From the IMG/VR virus record IMGVR_UViG_3300002307_002134, positions 1-64,000 of that record: a DNA stretch of 64,000 bases. One strand, 5' to 3'. The DNA is from a virus. The notes under the pieces are model-generated. The model worked only from the letters and a program-made list of their open reading frames with translations, ran no database searches and was not told the origin of the DNA. Both the position numbers and the translations under genes were made by a program. This document shows positions 28,501 through 37,551 of this stretch, piece after piece (positions within the stretch are counted from its first letter, which is position 1; each line of letters starts with the position of its first letter).

Positions 28501-29844
28501 TTTAATTCAAAATTTCTTTACCATTTCATATTGGAGAATTTTGGTCAATATTCTTACGGTAAAAAAATAAATGAATGGGTTAAATTTATACCTAAAGATT
28601 TTAAAATTGAACTGTTAAAAGGTTATTTAGCTAGTGATGGTTCTTGGTTTAAGACAGAAAAAAACGGTAAGGTTAACTCTAAAATAAGTTTTGTTAGTAT
28701 AAATTTAGAATTATTAGAATCAATACAAGATATAATATTTTCATTAGGTATTATATCATCATTAAAAAAATTAAGGAATACTAATAATAATCATTATATA
28801 CAAGGTAAATTAGTAAATCAAAAAGAAGCATATAATTTATGTTTGGCCAATCAAGATAGTTTAGAATTAGTGCAATTATTAAATAATGATATTTTAGACC
28901 CTAAATTAAATAGATTTAATATATATGATTTTAGTGTAATTAATAATAAAACAATAAAATCATGTCATTTTGATGAAAATAAAGATTTTATTTATTTTAG
29001 AATTAAAAATATAGATAAATCAAAATATACTGGTAACGTTTACAATTTTGAATGTGATACGCATACATTTATGTGTCATCACATTACAACACATAATTGT
29101 GACGTATCCAGAGGTGATGGTGAAGACTCTTCTACTATTGTTGTAGTTGACTTTACCACTATGGAACAAGTTATGGAGTATAAAGGTAAAATACAACCAG
29201 ACTTATTGGCTCAATTGGTAGAAGAATACGGTGAATTGTACAAAGCATATACCGTAGTCGATGTTACTGGTGGTATGGGTGTATCAACTGTATTAAAATT
29301 GCTTGAATTTGGTTACAAAAGACTTCATTATGATAACCAAAACGGTAAGATTTTATCAGCTAGACAAAGAGAATTATCTACTTACAACAAAGAGAACAAA
29401 ATCCCAGGTTTTCATGCAACATCAGTTCGTTTACCGATGATTTCAAATCTTGAATTCAAGATTAGAACAGATGCTATAAAGATTCGTTCAGCAAGAATGA
29501 CTTCAGAAATGAAAACATTTATATATAGAAATGGTAGACCAGACCACATGGATGGGTATCATGATGATTTGCTTATGGCTTTGGGTATGTGTTTATGGGT
29601 TGTTGAGCATTCATTCAAAAATCTAGAGAAGTTAGAAAAACAAAATAAAGCTATTTTAAATAGCTGGTTGGCTGGTGCTAATACTAATCCTACACAAACA
29701 GACCTTGAAAAAGGAACTGGTTTTGTTAGTAAAGAAAACAGAAACAAAACAGCAACACAAAAACCTAAATTTAATCCAATAGTATCCAAAAATATGCAAG
29801 ACCCTACTGGTCAGTATATGTGGTTATTTAGCGGAACAAAATAA
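25507..29844 (+). CDS. terL: terminase large subunit (T4 gp17-like) with two inteins
   Basis: Walker A KPRQAGVST, Walker B LVMDEAAY, coupling motif LISTP, nuclease G|CDVSRG...D and HDDLLMA; ~595 aa after splicing. Confidence 0.95.
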   Translation: MLTTTEVFKEYAKCLTSPIYAIETYLEVFDKTQEGFVPFKLFPRQKEIIHAYDKHRFNLITKPRQAGVSTTTAAYMAIKVGFADAENPEAVLIIANKQELAFEFLAKIKDFLSQLPRWVWGAEYYGNAKNEAKSIFLTDSKKEIKLPNGSRVKAVATSKDALRGFTPTYLVMDEAAYIVNGAEVFGAALTALGCLTKDSLILTENGLVELNELVAEKDKLGFTDLETPHMVCNKYGILTPATQTFVSEYGETYRIKTKLGIELEGSWKHPLLIKRGLEEIWVRMNELVIGDKPVINYNQNYFGVNSKFDFTFNKSNYNQKNINLPLNLSDNLDFCYLLGLFVAEGNFTSRGITITNVDEQITNFLINDIAKLGNGFKKVDDRHYMFHSTELVQWFEEFGLKKHNARDKEIPLSILKMSKEVIVNFLQGMFDGDGTSTIKDIKYSSTSKKLIRTLQTLLLNFGIVSHVKKVIRKTSESSIISNKNHICIIYNLKIYSNHALKFYSEIGFRLDRKQKNAEYLIGKKSNSRFVDVSQKTILNILEKNGLTKYKFRFLDRFWVSKYERLSYESLKRLMIEIPNDVNLLGLSEKIKNNEKYYIDEIIEITNGMDYTYDLHVPETNSFISNGIVSHNTGGNATLISTPRGMDALYYKTYDQAKKKENDFNIIEMKWYEDLRYNKDLKWLKDDLVETEVEFTFDSYKRRLDDGWKPTSSWYEEMCRGMNNDAKMIAQELDVSFIGSGGNVIDEQYIEFQNKHNVKDPTFTHGAENEIWVWEAPKEGHQYIMGCLPPNEKVLTDKGLKNIQDVELTDMLVSENGDYVEINNKQIYPVVNEDIFEVQVANTFRATTFTKEHPLLTSKPNLKRNYLKNHENLKFNERYWDFDFNYTRTEEVEKGDWIKVPNIYKKEIHDILDNKWIISKDIRKDFNIDSPLKDKEFWWFIGMWLGDGWLGNLNNSYSISICFNSKDEYYLNKVNDLIIRLFDRSPSFIDRGKNTFELVFNSKFLYHFILENFGQYSYGKKINEWVKFIPKDFKIELLKGYLASDGSWFKTEKNGKVNSKISFVSINLELLESIQDIIFSLGIISSLKKLRNTNNNHYIQGKLVNQKEAYNLCLANQDSLELVQLLNNDILDPKLNRFNIYDFSVINNKTIKSCHFDENKDFIYFRIKNIDKSKYTGNVYNFECDTHTFMCHHITTHNCDVSRGDGEDSSTIVVVDFTTMEQVMEYKGKIQPDLLAQLVEEYGELYKAYTVVDVTGGMGVSTVLKLLEFGYKRLHYDNQNGKILSARQRELSTYNKENKIPGFHATSVRLPMISNLEFKIRTDAIKIRSARMTSEMKTFIYRNGRPDHMDGYHDDLLMALGMCLWVVEHSFKNLEKLEKQNKAILNSWLAGANTNPTQTDLEKGTGFVSKENRNKTATQKPKFNPIVSKNMQDPTGQYMWLFSGTK
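26086..27399 (+). mobile_element. TerL intein 1 (438 aa, LAGLIDADG)
   Basis: G|CLTKDS...SWKHPL...LLGLFVAEG...FLQGMFDGDG...TYDL...GIVSHN|T. Confidence 0.93.
27862..29097 (+). mobile_element. TerL intein 2 (412 aa, LAGLIDADG)
   Basis: G|CLPPNE...TKEHPL...FIGMWLGDG...LLKGYLASDG...VYNF...ITTHN|C, inserted just before the nuclease catalytic Asp. Confidence 0.93.
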
Positions 29845-29854
29845 ATAAATCAAG

Positions 29855-30112
29855 ATGATACAAGTTAGACCAAAATGTCACAAGGTGTTTGTCAAAAAGA
29901 CTCACCAAGCTCAAATGTACAAATGGACACCCAATTGTCCAGATTTTAGCAAATCAGCTAGAGAACAAGTCAAGGGTAAACAACCATATTTTTGCACAGC
30001 TACGGCTGGTTCTCAAGGTCAAGATTGGACTACTAGTTATGTTTACACATTATTGGTAGTAAACGGACAAGCGGAACACTTGGCTTACGTTGAATGTGAT
30101 TATGTTCAATAA
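29855..30112 (+). CDS. hypothetical protein
   Basis: 85-aa ORF between terL and portal. Confidence 0.6.
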   Translation: MIQVRPKCHKVFVKKTHQAQMYKWTPNCPDFSKSAREQVKGKQPYFCTATAGSQGQDWTTSYVYTLLVVNGQAEHLAYVECDYVQ

Positions 30113-30160
30113 CCTTTATTTTCATTGAAAAAATAGTATAATTTAAGAAAAAATACAAAT

Positions 30161-33100
30161 ATGGCAGAAAAACAAAAATTAACAATTTTTCAAAGACTAG
30201 GACAAATTATTGGCCCAGACGGACCTAAAATAAAACAAAACCAACCACAACCACAAAGATACAATATTGGAAATGATGTTCTGTTAAAAACAGATAATAA
30301 AGTTGATTTTGAAAGGGCCAAGTTACAAGCACAACAAAACAAGTATCTAGGCCAAATGTGGAAAAAAGTTGAGAGTGGTTTGTTTCAACAATCAATCAAC
30401 TATGAAACCACACGTATTGGTTCTTATTCTGATTTTGAAGCTATGGAATTTTATCCAACTATAGCCGCTTCTTTGGATATTATGATGGAAGAATCAACTA
30501 CTCTTAATGATAAAGGTAGAATCATGAATGTTTATTCAGATAGCAAACGTGTAAAAGGCATCCTTGAGGATTTATTTTTCAATAGATTAGATTTACACGT
30601 ATCATTACCTATGTGGGTTAGAAATACACCTATTAGAGAAAATAGTATTATACCGTTATTAGATGGTACGGAAGTAACTATTAAAGAACTTTCTAGTAGA
30701 GTTAAATCTGGTGAAGAAATATGGTCTTATGCTATACAAGATGGTACCAAAGCAATTGTACCAAGCAAAATAATATGGTGTGACCTTACTAGAAAGGATT
30801 CTGAATTGTATAGGGTTACACTTGACAATGGTACTCATATTGATACAACACCAGACCACGAATACATGCTTAGAGATGGTTCATATAGAAGGGCTGATGA
30901 ATTAACAGAAGGTACTAGTCTTATGCCTTTTTATACAATGACTAGCACGGAAAAACAAGATAAAATAACTGGTTATGAAAAAATATACAATCCAACGTCA
31001 AACAGATACAGATATACACATAGAATTGTCGCCAATGAGTGTGTTAGAGACTATAGGCATGAAAACACAATAAATGACAAGTTTTTAAGACATCATAAAA
31101 ATTTTATCAAAAAAGATAATAGACCAACTAATTTAGAAAGAATGACTTTTGGTGACCACGCTATTTTACATGAAAGAAATTCCAAACATTTAGAAAACTA
31201 TAGAAATCTTCCAGAAGTAAAAACCAAAAGAATGGTTGGTATTGATAAGTATCTTAGGTCTGACGCTAGAAAAGAAAGGCTTTCAAAAGAAATGTCTGGT
31301 ATATACCCTAAATATTTTAATGAATATAATAATAGCCAGTTACACGAAGAACATAATAGTGTTAGGTCAGAAAAAATGACAATTACTTGGGGCAAAGAAA
31401 ACTATAAACAAAAAACCAAAGAATTAATGACAATAACCATTAATGACAAAGCTTTTGATTATATTACTAACTTAATAAAAAATTTTGATGGATACGTTGG
31501 TATTAATTTATTATCTGACCTACTTAAAAAAGATGTTGAATTTATAAAATTATTTAGTGAAGGATATACCCTCAGAAAAGACCCAGCAAAAGCAATTAAT
31601 CCGACTACGTTAAATAAATTAATAACTAGAAAAACTCAACAAAACTATTTTGATTTTGTTATTTCAATTAAACCTAGTTTAGTAATAGATAAAAAATATA
31701 TAAAAGCTAAAGCAATATTCTTAGGTAAAACAAACAAAAAAATTCTTAACCATAAAGTTGTTTCAGTTATTAAATTAACTGAAACATCAGATGTTTATTG
31801 TCTTGAAGCTGTTGGCCCAAATAATGAACAGGATAGACATAATTTTCCTGTGTGTAGTATTGACATAAGCGGTTCATTTTCAAGAGATGGTGTGTTTTTA
31901 TCAAATTGTAAGTACGGTGATAATTTTATATATTTAAACATTGATGAAAAACATGGTATATTGGGTGCCAAACAAATGCCTAACTATGAAATGGAACGTA
32001 GAGAAAGCGGTTTATTTGATATGATTACAGGTCGTGAGACTGTAAATGCTGAAGTGGCCACCGCTGATAAAACTAAATTTTTCTGGAGAGGTCGTGATGT
32101 TGAATTTAATTCATGGCAAATTGCTCACTTCCGTTTATTGGGTGATGACAGACGTTTACCTTATGGTACTTCAGTTTTGGAAAAAATTAGACGTATTTGG
32201 AAACAGCTTATTCTTTCTGAAGACTCAATGTTGGTTTATCGTGTAACTCGTGCACCAGAAAGACGTGTATATAAGATTTACGTTGGTAATATTGATGATG
32301 GCGATGTGGAAGCATATGTAAACACAATTGCTGATAGATTCAAACGTATGCCTATTATTGACCCACAAACTGGTCAAATGGATTTGCGTTACAATCAATT
32401 AAGTAATGACCAAGATTATTTTATACCTGTTCGTACTGAAGATGCTCCTAACCCGATTGATACCCTACCAGGTGCTACAAACCTAGACCAAATTGCCGAC
32501 ATTGAATATTTAAGAAGTAATTTATTTACAGCTCTTAGAGTCCCTAAACCATTTTTAGGGTTTGATGAAACTGCTGGTGAAGGTAAAAATCTTGCGTTGC
32601 AAGATATTCGTTTTTCTAGAACTATTAATAGAATTCAACAAGCCATATTACAAGAGCTTAACAAAATTGCTATAATACATTTATATTTGTTAGGTTTTGA
32701 AGAAGATTTTGATAATTTTACACTTACACTTAACAATCCATCAACTCAAGCTGAAATGCTTAAGATTGAGCACTTGCAAACAAAAGTTACGCTTTATAAA
32801 GATGCAGTATCTGATGCTGGTAATGGATTTGGTGCTATGTCAATGACTCGTGGTAAAAGAGATATATTAGGTATGTCTGATGATGAAATAAAACAAGATT
32901 TACTTGAGCAACGTATGGAGAAAGCTGCTGCTGCTGAATTGGCAAATTCTGCCAACGTAATCAAACATACAGGTATGTTTGATGTTGTTGATAGAGTTTA
33001 TGGTGATTTCAAATTAGCCCTTAAAGGTGGTGGTGGAGGTGGAACTGAAAGTGAACAAAGTGGTAAAGAAAACAGTGGTGGCGGAGGCGGTGGTCTTGGC

Positions 33101-33466
33101 GGAGGCTTTGGAGGCGGTGGAGTTTCTGGCGAAGATTTAGATTTTGGAACTGAAGAAGCTGGAACTGAAGAAGCTGGAACTGAAGAAGCTGGAACTGAAG
33201 AAGTTGGAACAGAACAACCAACAGAAGTAACTGAATCAGTAAAAAAAGTACAAAAGATACTTAAAGAACAAAAAGTTATTTTGGCTAAAAAATTAGATGA
33301 AAGAACCAAAAAGTATCAAGGTAAATTTTTAGATAGACTAATCGAATCAGTTGAAGATACACCAAAACAAAAAGAAGAAAAAGTAAAGATTTATGATAAA
33401 ACCGTCAAAATTAATAAAGAAATTGGTGACATGATTGATGGTATTGATAAAATGTTGGATGAGTAA
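30161..33466 (+). CDS. portal protein (T4 gp20-like) with an intein
   Basis: YRVTRAPERRVYKIYVGN, DYFIPVR, IDTLPGA, DIEYL, ALRVP, DIRFSRTI; Gly/Glu-rich tail. Confidence 0.95.
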   Translation: MAEKQKLTIFQRLGQIIGPDGPKIKQNQPQPQRYNIGNDVLLKTDNKVDFERAKLQAQQNKYLGQMWKKVESGLFQQSINYETTRIGSYSDFEAMEFYPTIAASLDIMMEESTTLNDKGRIMNVYSDSKRVKGILEDLFFNRLDLHVSLPMWVRNTPIRENSIIPLLDGTEVTIKELSSRVKSGEEIWSYAIQDGTKAIVPSKIIWCDLTRKDSELYRVTLDNGTHIDTTPDHEYMLRDGSYRRADELTEGTSLMPFYTMTSTEKQDKITGYEKIYNPTSNRYRYTHRIVANECVRDYRHENTINDKFLRHHKNFIKKDNRPTNLERMTFGDHAILHERNSKHLENYRNLPEVKTKRMVGIDKYLRSDARKERLSKEMSGIYPKYFNEYNNSQLHEEHNSVRSEKMTITWGKENYKQKTKELMTITINDKAFDYITNLIKNFDGYVGINLLSDLLKKDVEFIKLFSEGYTLRKDPAKAINPTTLNKLITRKTQQNYFDFVISIKPSLVIDKKYIKAKAIFLGKTNKKILNHKVVSVIKLTETSDVYCLEAVGPNNEQDRHNFPVCSIDISGSFSRDGVFLSNCKYGDNFIYLNIDEKHGILGAKQMPNYEMERRESGLFDMITGRETVNAEVATADKTKFFWRGRDVEFNSWQIAHFRLLGDDRRLPYGTSVLEKIRRIWKQLILSEDSMLVYRVTRAPERRVYKIYVGNIDDGDVEAYVNTIADRFKRMPIIDPQTGQMDLRYNQLSNDQDYFIPVRTEDAPNPIDTLPGATNLDQIADIEYLRSNLFTALRVPKPFLGFDETAGEGKNLALQDIRFSRTINRIQQAILQELNKIAIIHLYLLGFEEDFDNFTLTLNNPSTQAEMLKIEHLQTKVTLYKDAVSDAGNGFGAMSMTRGKRDILGMSDDEIKQDLLEQRMEKAAAAELANSANVIKHTGMFDVVDRVYGDFKLALKGGGGGGTESEQSGKENSGGGGGGLGGGFGGGGVSGEDLDFGTEEAGTEEAGTEEAGTEEVGTEQPTEVTESVKKVQKILKEQKVILAKKLDERTKKYQGKFLDRLIESVEDTPKQKEEKVKIYDKTVKINKEIGDMIDGIDKMLDE
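30629..31906 (+). mobile_element. portal intein (426 aa), Pro1 class-3-like, with HNH endonuclease
   Basis: RNT|PIRENSIIPLLDG...TTPDHEY...RHHKNFIKKDNRPTNL...DVYCLE...GVFLSN|CKYGD. Confidence 0.85.
33146..33205 (+). repeat. 15-bp tandem repeat x4 (GTEEA) in the portal tail
   Basis: unit ggaactgaagaagct. Confidence 0.9.
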
Positions 33467-33512
33467 CCAATTTTTGTCGTAAACAATGATATTTATTAAA
33501 CAAAAAGATTTC

Positions 33513-34304
33513 ATGATAGATTTAACACAAATAACAAAAAATTTCGGACATATCAAGAGTGTTTATAATACTATTTTAGCTGAAAGCGTTATGTCAGATG
33601 ATAAAACAAAAAAAGAGTTATTTAAAAATTACGTTAAATCCATAAAGGAAAACGAAATACTTAAAACCCAATTTTTGGTTTACACCAACATTGAACAAAA
33701 AGTGGAACCAGATGCGTTCAAAGCAACTATGTTTGTAAAGGAAAATATTGATTTGTTTTTGAAGTTCAGTAAAAAAGACATTCAAAAGGCCAACAGCAAA
33801 TTAATTGAAAAAGTTTTATTTGAACAAAACGTAGTAAATGAAAACAAAGAGCTTTATGATAATATTTCAACTCTTATCTTTACAAATAGAACCACAGAAA
33901 CTATTGATACTATTGTAGAGGCTACAAGCAAAATTGTTGACTACATAGTAAATAACAAACCAAAGGTAATATCTGAGGTAATTGAGTTACCTAACAGTAT
34001 GCTGACCAATATGATGGTTGATAAATACAATGAAAAATATGCTTCTTTGGATGAAACAGAAAAGAAAATATTAAAAACATTGATTGGTTCTACTGATGAA
34101 GAAAAAAAAGAAATATATTCTAATACAATCAGAGAATGTGTTAATTTGATTAATAAGAAACTTGATACTAACGATTTAGATGCTAAAGATAAACTTTTAA
34201 GAGTTAAGGATAAGCTCTTAAATGACAGTCAAGAAATTAATGAAGATTTCATAAAAAATATTTCAAAGCTTGTAGAGCTAAGAAGTAATTTAAAAGAAAA
34301 TTAA
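33513..34304 (+). CDS. hypothetical head-module protein
   Basis: Helical ORF after portal; ATG 33513 follows TATTTATT. Confidence 0.75.
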   Translation: MIDLTQITKNFGHIKSVYNTILAESVMSDDKTKKELFKNYVKSIKENEILKTQFLVYTNIEQKVEPDAFKATMFVKENIDLFLKFSKKDIQKANSKLIEKVLFEQNVVNENKELYDNISTLIFTNRTTETIDTIVEATSKIVDYIVNNKPKVISEVIELPNSMLTNMMVDKYNEKYASLDETEKKILKTLIGSTDEEKKEIYSNTIRECVNLINKKLDTNDLDAKDKLLRVKDKLLNDSQEINEDFIKNISKLVELRSNLKEN

Positions 34305-34314
34305 AAGTTATAAA

Positions 34315-34545
34315 ATGGCAAACACAGTTATAAGCGAAAATATTTTAAAGTTAAGAGAATTAACTGAAAAAATGAATATAATTTCAAATAAAGATGAATA
34401 TGAAAATGTTTTAAAAAGTATTAGGTCTGTGATTGAAGAAAATGAGCAAGAGATTTCAAATTTAATATCAACACAAAGTAAAATTAAGTGTTACGAAAAA
34501 ATGTGCACAAAACTAAATAAAATTTTAAATAATATTAATTTTTAA
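34315..34545 (+). CDS. hypothetical protein
   Basis: 76-aa ORF. Confidence 0.6.
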   Translation: MANTVISENILKLRELTEKMNIISNKDEYENVLKSIRSVIEENEQEISNLISTQSKIKCYEKMCTKLNKILNNINF

Positions 34546-34547
34546 TT

Positions 34548-34889
34548 ATGTCAGAAGGAAAAGACACTTGGGGTGATTACAGTAAGTTAGTTCTAAAAGA
34601 ATTGGAACGTCTTAATGATAATTATGATAAGATGAGAAGCGATATGGACAGTCGTTTTTCAGAACTTAATCAAAAACTAACTGAATTTAAGAATACTGAG
34701 GGTAAAGTTGAAAATCAAGCCAAGTGGATTGAGAAGGTTAATGACGTATGGTCTCCTTCGCAAATGAAAGAAGCCAAAGACGAAATTTATAAACAAAAGA
34801 ACAGGTGGGCAGCTGCTATTGCTATTGTAACTTTTGTTCAATTAGCGGTAGGTATAGCAATAGCTATTTGGGGCAATTTAAAAAAATAA
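34548..34889 (+). CDS. coiled-coil protein with a C-terminal transmembrane helix
   Basis: WAAAIAIVTFVQLAVGIAIAIW hydrophobic segment. Confidence 0.7.
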   Translation: MSEGKDTWGDYSKLVLKELERLNDNYDKMRSDMDSRFSELNQKLTEFKNTEGKVENQAKWIEKVNDVWSPSQMKEAKDEIYKQKNRWAAAIAIVTFVQLAVGIAIAIWGNLKK

Positions 34890-34893
34890 TTAC

Positions 34894-34924
34894 TTGACGG
34901 TATAAATTTTTTTCATTATACTTG
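34894..34924 (+). promoter_or_regulatory. host-type promoter
   Basis: TTGACG-N17-TATACT(TG) upstream of 34940. Confidence 0.5.
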
Positions 34925-34939
34925 TAAAAACCAGGTATC

Positions 34940-35383
34940 ATGAAAACAGGAAAAGAAATAAAAACCAATAATTTCAAAGATTATAACATAATCTTTGGTA
35001 GTGTGAATAACAAAAACCCAAAGGCTGTTTATATTAATCTTTCAGCATGGGCAGAACCCAAAAATGAAGTTGAATTAAACTATTCTAGAATTATCAGAAA
35101 TATAAATAAAAAGGTAAAACAAGAACTTTACCTTTTATTTAATAATGATAAAAATTTTCATTTTATAAAAGATAGAACAATTGTAGATTTTGATATAAAG
35201 CAGTCTGGCATTAAATACGGTAAACGTAGTTTTATGAATTGTGAAATTACATTATTTTCCAAAATTGAAATACCTGTTAATTCGGAGCATATGAAAGAAG
35301 TGCTAACAAATATATCAAATCAATTAATTAAAAAAATTTTTGAAAACAACGATTCTTTTATTTTTAATAAGAAAAAGAAATAA
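34940..35383 (+). CDS. hypothetical protein
   Basis: 147-aa ORF with its own promoter and terminator. Confidence 0.7.
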   Translation: MKTGKEIKTNNFKDYNIIFGSVNNKNPKAVYINLSAWAEPKNEVELNYSRIIRNINKKVKQELYLLFNNDKNFHFIKDRTIVDFDIKQSGIKYGKRSFMNCEITLFSKIEIPVNSEHMKEVLTNISNQLIKKIFENNDSFIFNKKKK

Positions 35384-35387
35384 AACT

Positions 35388-35418
35388 AAAGCCTCACTGT
35401 TCTAGTGGGGCTTTTTTT
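35388..35418 (+). terminator. rho-independent terminator
   Basis: aaagcctcact-gttct-agtggggcttttttt. Confidence 0.75.
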
Positions 35419-35457
35419 ATTTATATCACATATTTATATCTATAAGCTAAAAAAATT

Positions 35458-36180
35458 ATGGATATAAATTACGATAAAATTAAAACGCTTAGACGTGGAG
35501 AAACTGGGTTTGGTTATTTAATTGAAAACGATGCTGGCTATATAAGCCCAGATGAACCAAGGAACCAACCATTTATAAGCGAAATAAAGAAACTAGAAAC
35601 TGGTAAGTTGGTAATTTCTGAACCACTTGTAGTTTATGTTATTCTTCAAAAATACGGTATCTTAAATCGTAATGGACGTGTATATCCAGAATCCATACTT
35701 AAAAAACAAAACGAATTATATCAAAAAACAATCAGAGAACGTAGTGCTGTTGGTGAATTAGACCATCCAGAATCTAGCGTTATTTCTGGTGATAGAATAT
35801 CTCATAATATTATTGAAACATGGTGGGAAGGTCATACTCTTATGGGTAAGATGGAAATTATTATGACACCAGGTTTTATAAACTATGGTATTGTTTCAAC
35901 CAAGGGTGATTTAGTAGCAAATTTATTAAGGAATAGAATAAGAATAGGTGTTTCTTCTAGAGGGGTTGGTTCTTTAAAAGATGGAAAAAACGGTGAACAA
36001 ATAGTACAAGATGATTTTGAAATAATTTGTTGGGATGTAGTTACGGCACCATCTACACCAGACGCTTGGATATTTAATAATATCGAGCAAGCTAAACCTT
36101 ATGTTGAGGGTGTTGAAATTAAAAAAACTATTATTAAAGAGAATTTAAACGAAAAACTTGATAAATTTTTAGCTGAATAA
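35458..36180 (+). CDS. prohead core protease (T4 gp21-like)
   Basis: NRNGRVYP, GELDHP, GVSSRGVGS, WDVVTAPS. Confidence 0.93.
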   Translation: MDINYDKIKTLRRGETGFGYLIENDAGYISPDEPRNQPFISEIKKLETGKLVISEPLVVYVILQKYGILNRNGRVYPESILKKQNELYQKTIRERSAVGELDHPESSVISGDRISHNIIETWWEGHTLMGKMEIIMTPGFINYGIVSTKGDLVANLLRNRIRIGVSSRGVGSLKDGKNGEQIVQDDFEIICWDVVTAPSTPDAWIFNNIEQAKPYVEGVEIKKTIIKENLNEKLDKFLAE

Positions 36181-36297
36181 AATAAATGTATAATTTTTTT
36201 TAGCTGTATTTGTCTTTTCGTTAAAATACACATATTTATTATCAAATAAGATGAATAATTTTTTTATTTATCTAATATTTAAAATAAAAAAACTAAA

Positions 36298-37518
36298 ATG
36301 GCAGACAAAAAATCAATACTTGAAGAAGCTCTTTTGGATATCAAAAATATTCAAAGTGCTCTTAACGCCAACACTAAAGAAATACTTCGTAGCGTAGCTA
36401 GAGAAGAAATTGATGGTGTCGTAAAAGAATCTCTAACTAAAGAGGTTTATGAAGAAGAAGAAGTTGATTCTGTAAATGAAGAATCTCACGAAGAACATGA
36501 GAAATCTGAAACTCCAGCGGAGGAAAAGAAAGAACATGGTAAAGGTGGTTCGGAAAAGAAAGAAAAAGTAGAAAAAATGACTGAAAACATGGAAGAAGAA
36601 GGCATGGAAGAAGAAGGTATGACTTATGAAGGCATGGAAGAAGAAGGCATGGAAGAATTAGACATGACTTCTGCATCAGATGATGATGTTATCGCGATTT
36701 ACAAGAAATTAAGTGGTGATGATGAAATAGAAATTGTAGGTGATGAAATTCACTTCAATGTTTCTGAACCAGGCGAATACGTTATTAAAACTTCTGACCT
36801 TGAAGGTAACCTTGAAGGTGATGAAGAAGGTGACGTAGATTACGAAATCGAAATGGATGATGAAGAAGGTGACGAGCCAACTGATTTGGAACCAGTAGAT
36901 GACGAAGAAGAAGAAGAAGAAGAAGAAGAAGAAGAAGAAGAAGAAGAAGAAGGAGTTGAAGAACCAATTGAAGAAAAAATTAGCATTGGTACTGGTATGA
37001 GCGTGGGAACACATCGTGGCCAAGGACCAAAATCAATTGGTGCCCCAGAAAATCCTAAATCTGAAGCTATTACTGAATCTGCTAAGAAACTTGTTTCTGA
37101 AACAACAAAAAAATATAATCTTTTATTGACTGAAACTAGCAAATTAAAAGCTGAAAACTTAGAGTTCAGAAAAGCTTTGAAAGAGTTTAGAAATAAGTTG
37201 GTAGAGACTGTAGTGTTCAATAGCAATCTTACTTATGTAACTAAATTGTTTACTGAACACGCAACTACTAAAGGTGAAAAACAAAATATCATCAAAAGAT
37301 TTGATGAAGAAGTTACAAACCTTAAGGAGTCTAAAAAATTGTACAAAACTATTGTTAACGAATTGGAATCTAGAAAACCAATTGCTGAATCAGTAGGGAA
37401 CAAAATAATTAAAGAAGCTACTACCAGTTCTTCAAAACAATTAAATGAAAGCACTGCGTATGTAGACCCTTCAACTAAGAGAATCTTAGATTTGATTAAC
37501 AGAGTTGAAAAAAAATAA
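36298..37518 (+). CDS. prohead scaffold protein (gp22-like)
   Basis: Very acidic coiled-coil protein between protease and MCP. Confidence 0.8.
   Translation: MADKKSILEEALLDIKNIQSALNANTKEILRSVAREEIDGVVKESLTKEVYEEEEVDSVNEESHEEHEKSETPAEEKKEHGKGGSEKKEKVEKMTENMEEEGMEEEGMTYEGMEEEGMEELDMTSASDDDVIAIYKKLSGDDEIEIVGDEIHFNVSEPGEYVIKTSDLEGNLEGDEEGDVDYEIEMDDEEGDEPTDLEPVDDEEEEEEEEEEEEEEEEGVEEPIEEKISIGTGMSVGTHRGQGPKSIGAPENPKSEAITESAKKLVSETTKKYNLLLTETSKLKAENLEFRKALKEFRNKLVETVVFNSNLTYVTKLFTEHATTKGEKQNIIKRFDEEVTNLKESKKLYKTIVNELESRKPIAESVGNKIIKEATTSSSKQLNESTAYVDPSTKRILDLINRVEKK
36904..36951 (+). repeat. (GAA)16 poly-Glu microsatellite
   Basis: read directly from the sequence. Confidence 0.95.
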
Positions 37519-37551
37519 AATAATAACAAAAAAACAAAAACAAATAAAACT

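Noticed and set aside
34548-34889. Holin call
   Set aside because: A single transmembrane helix and no adjacent endolysin; insufficient evidence.
36437-37226. Poly-Phe/Leu/Ser ORFs on the minus strand
   Set aside because: Shadows of the (GAA)n tract in the scaffold gene.
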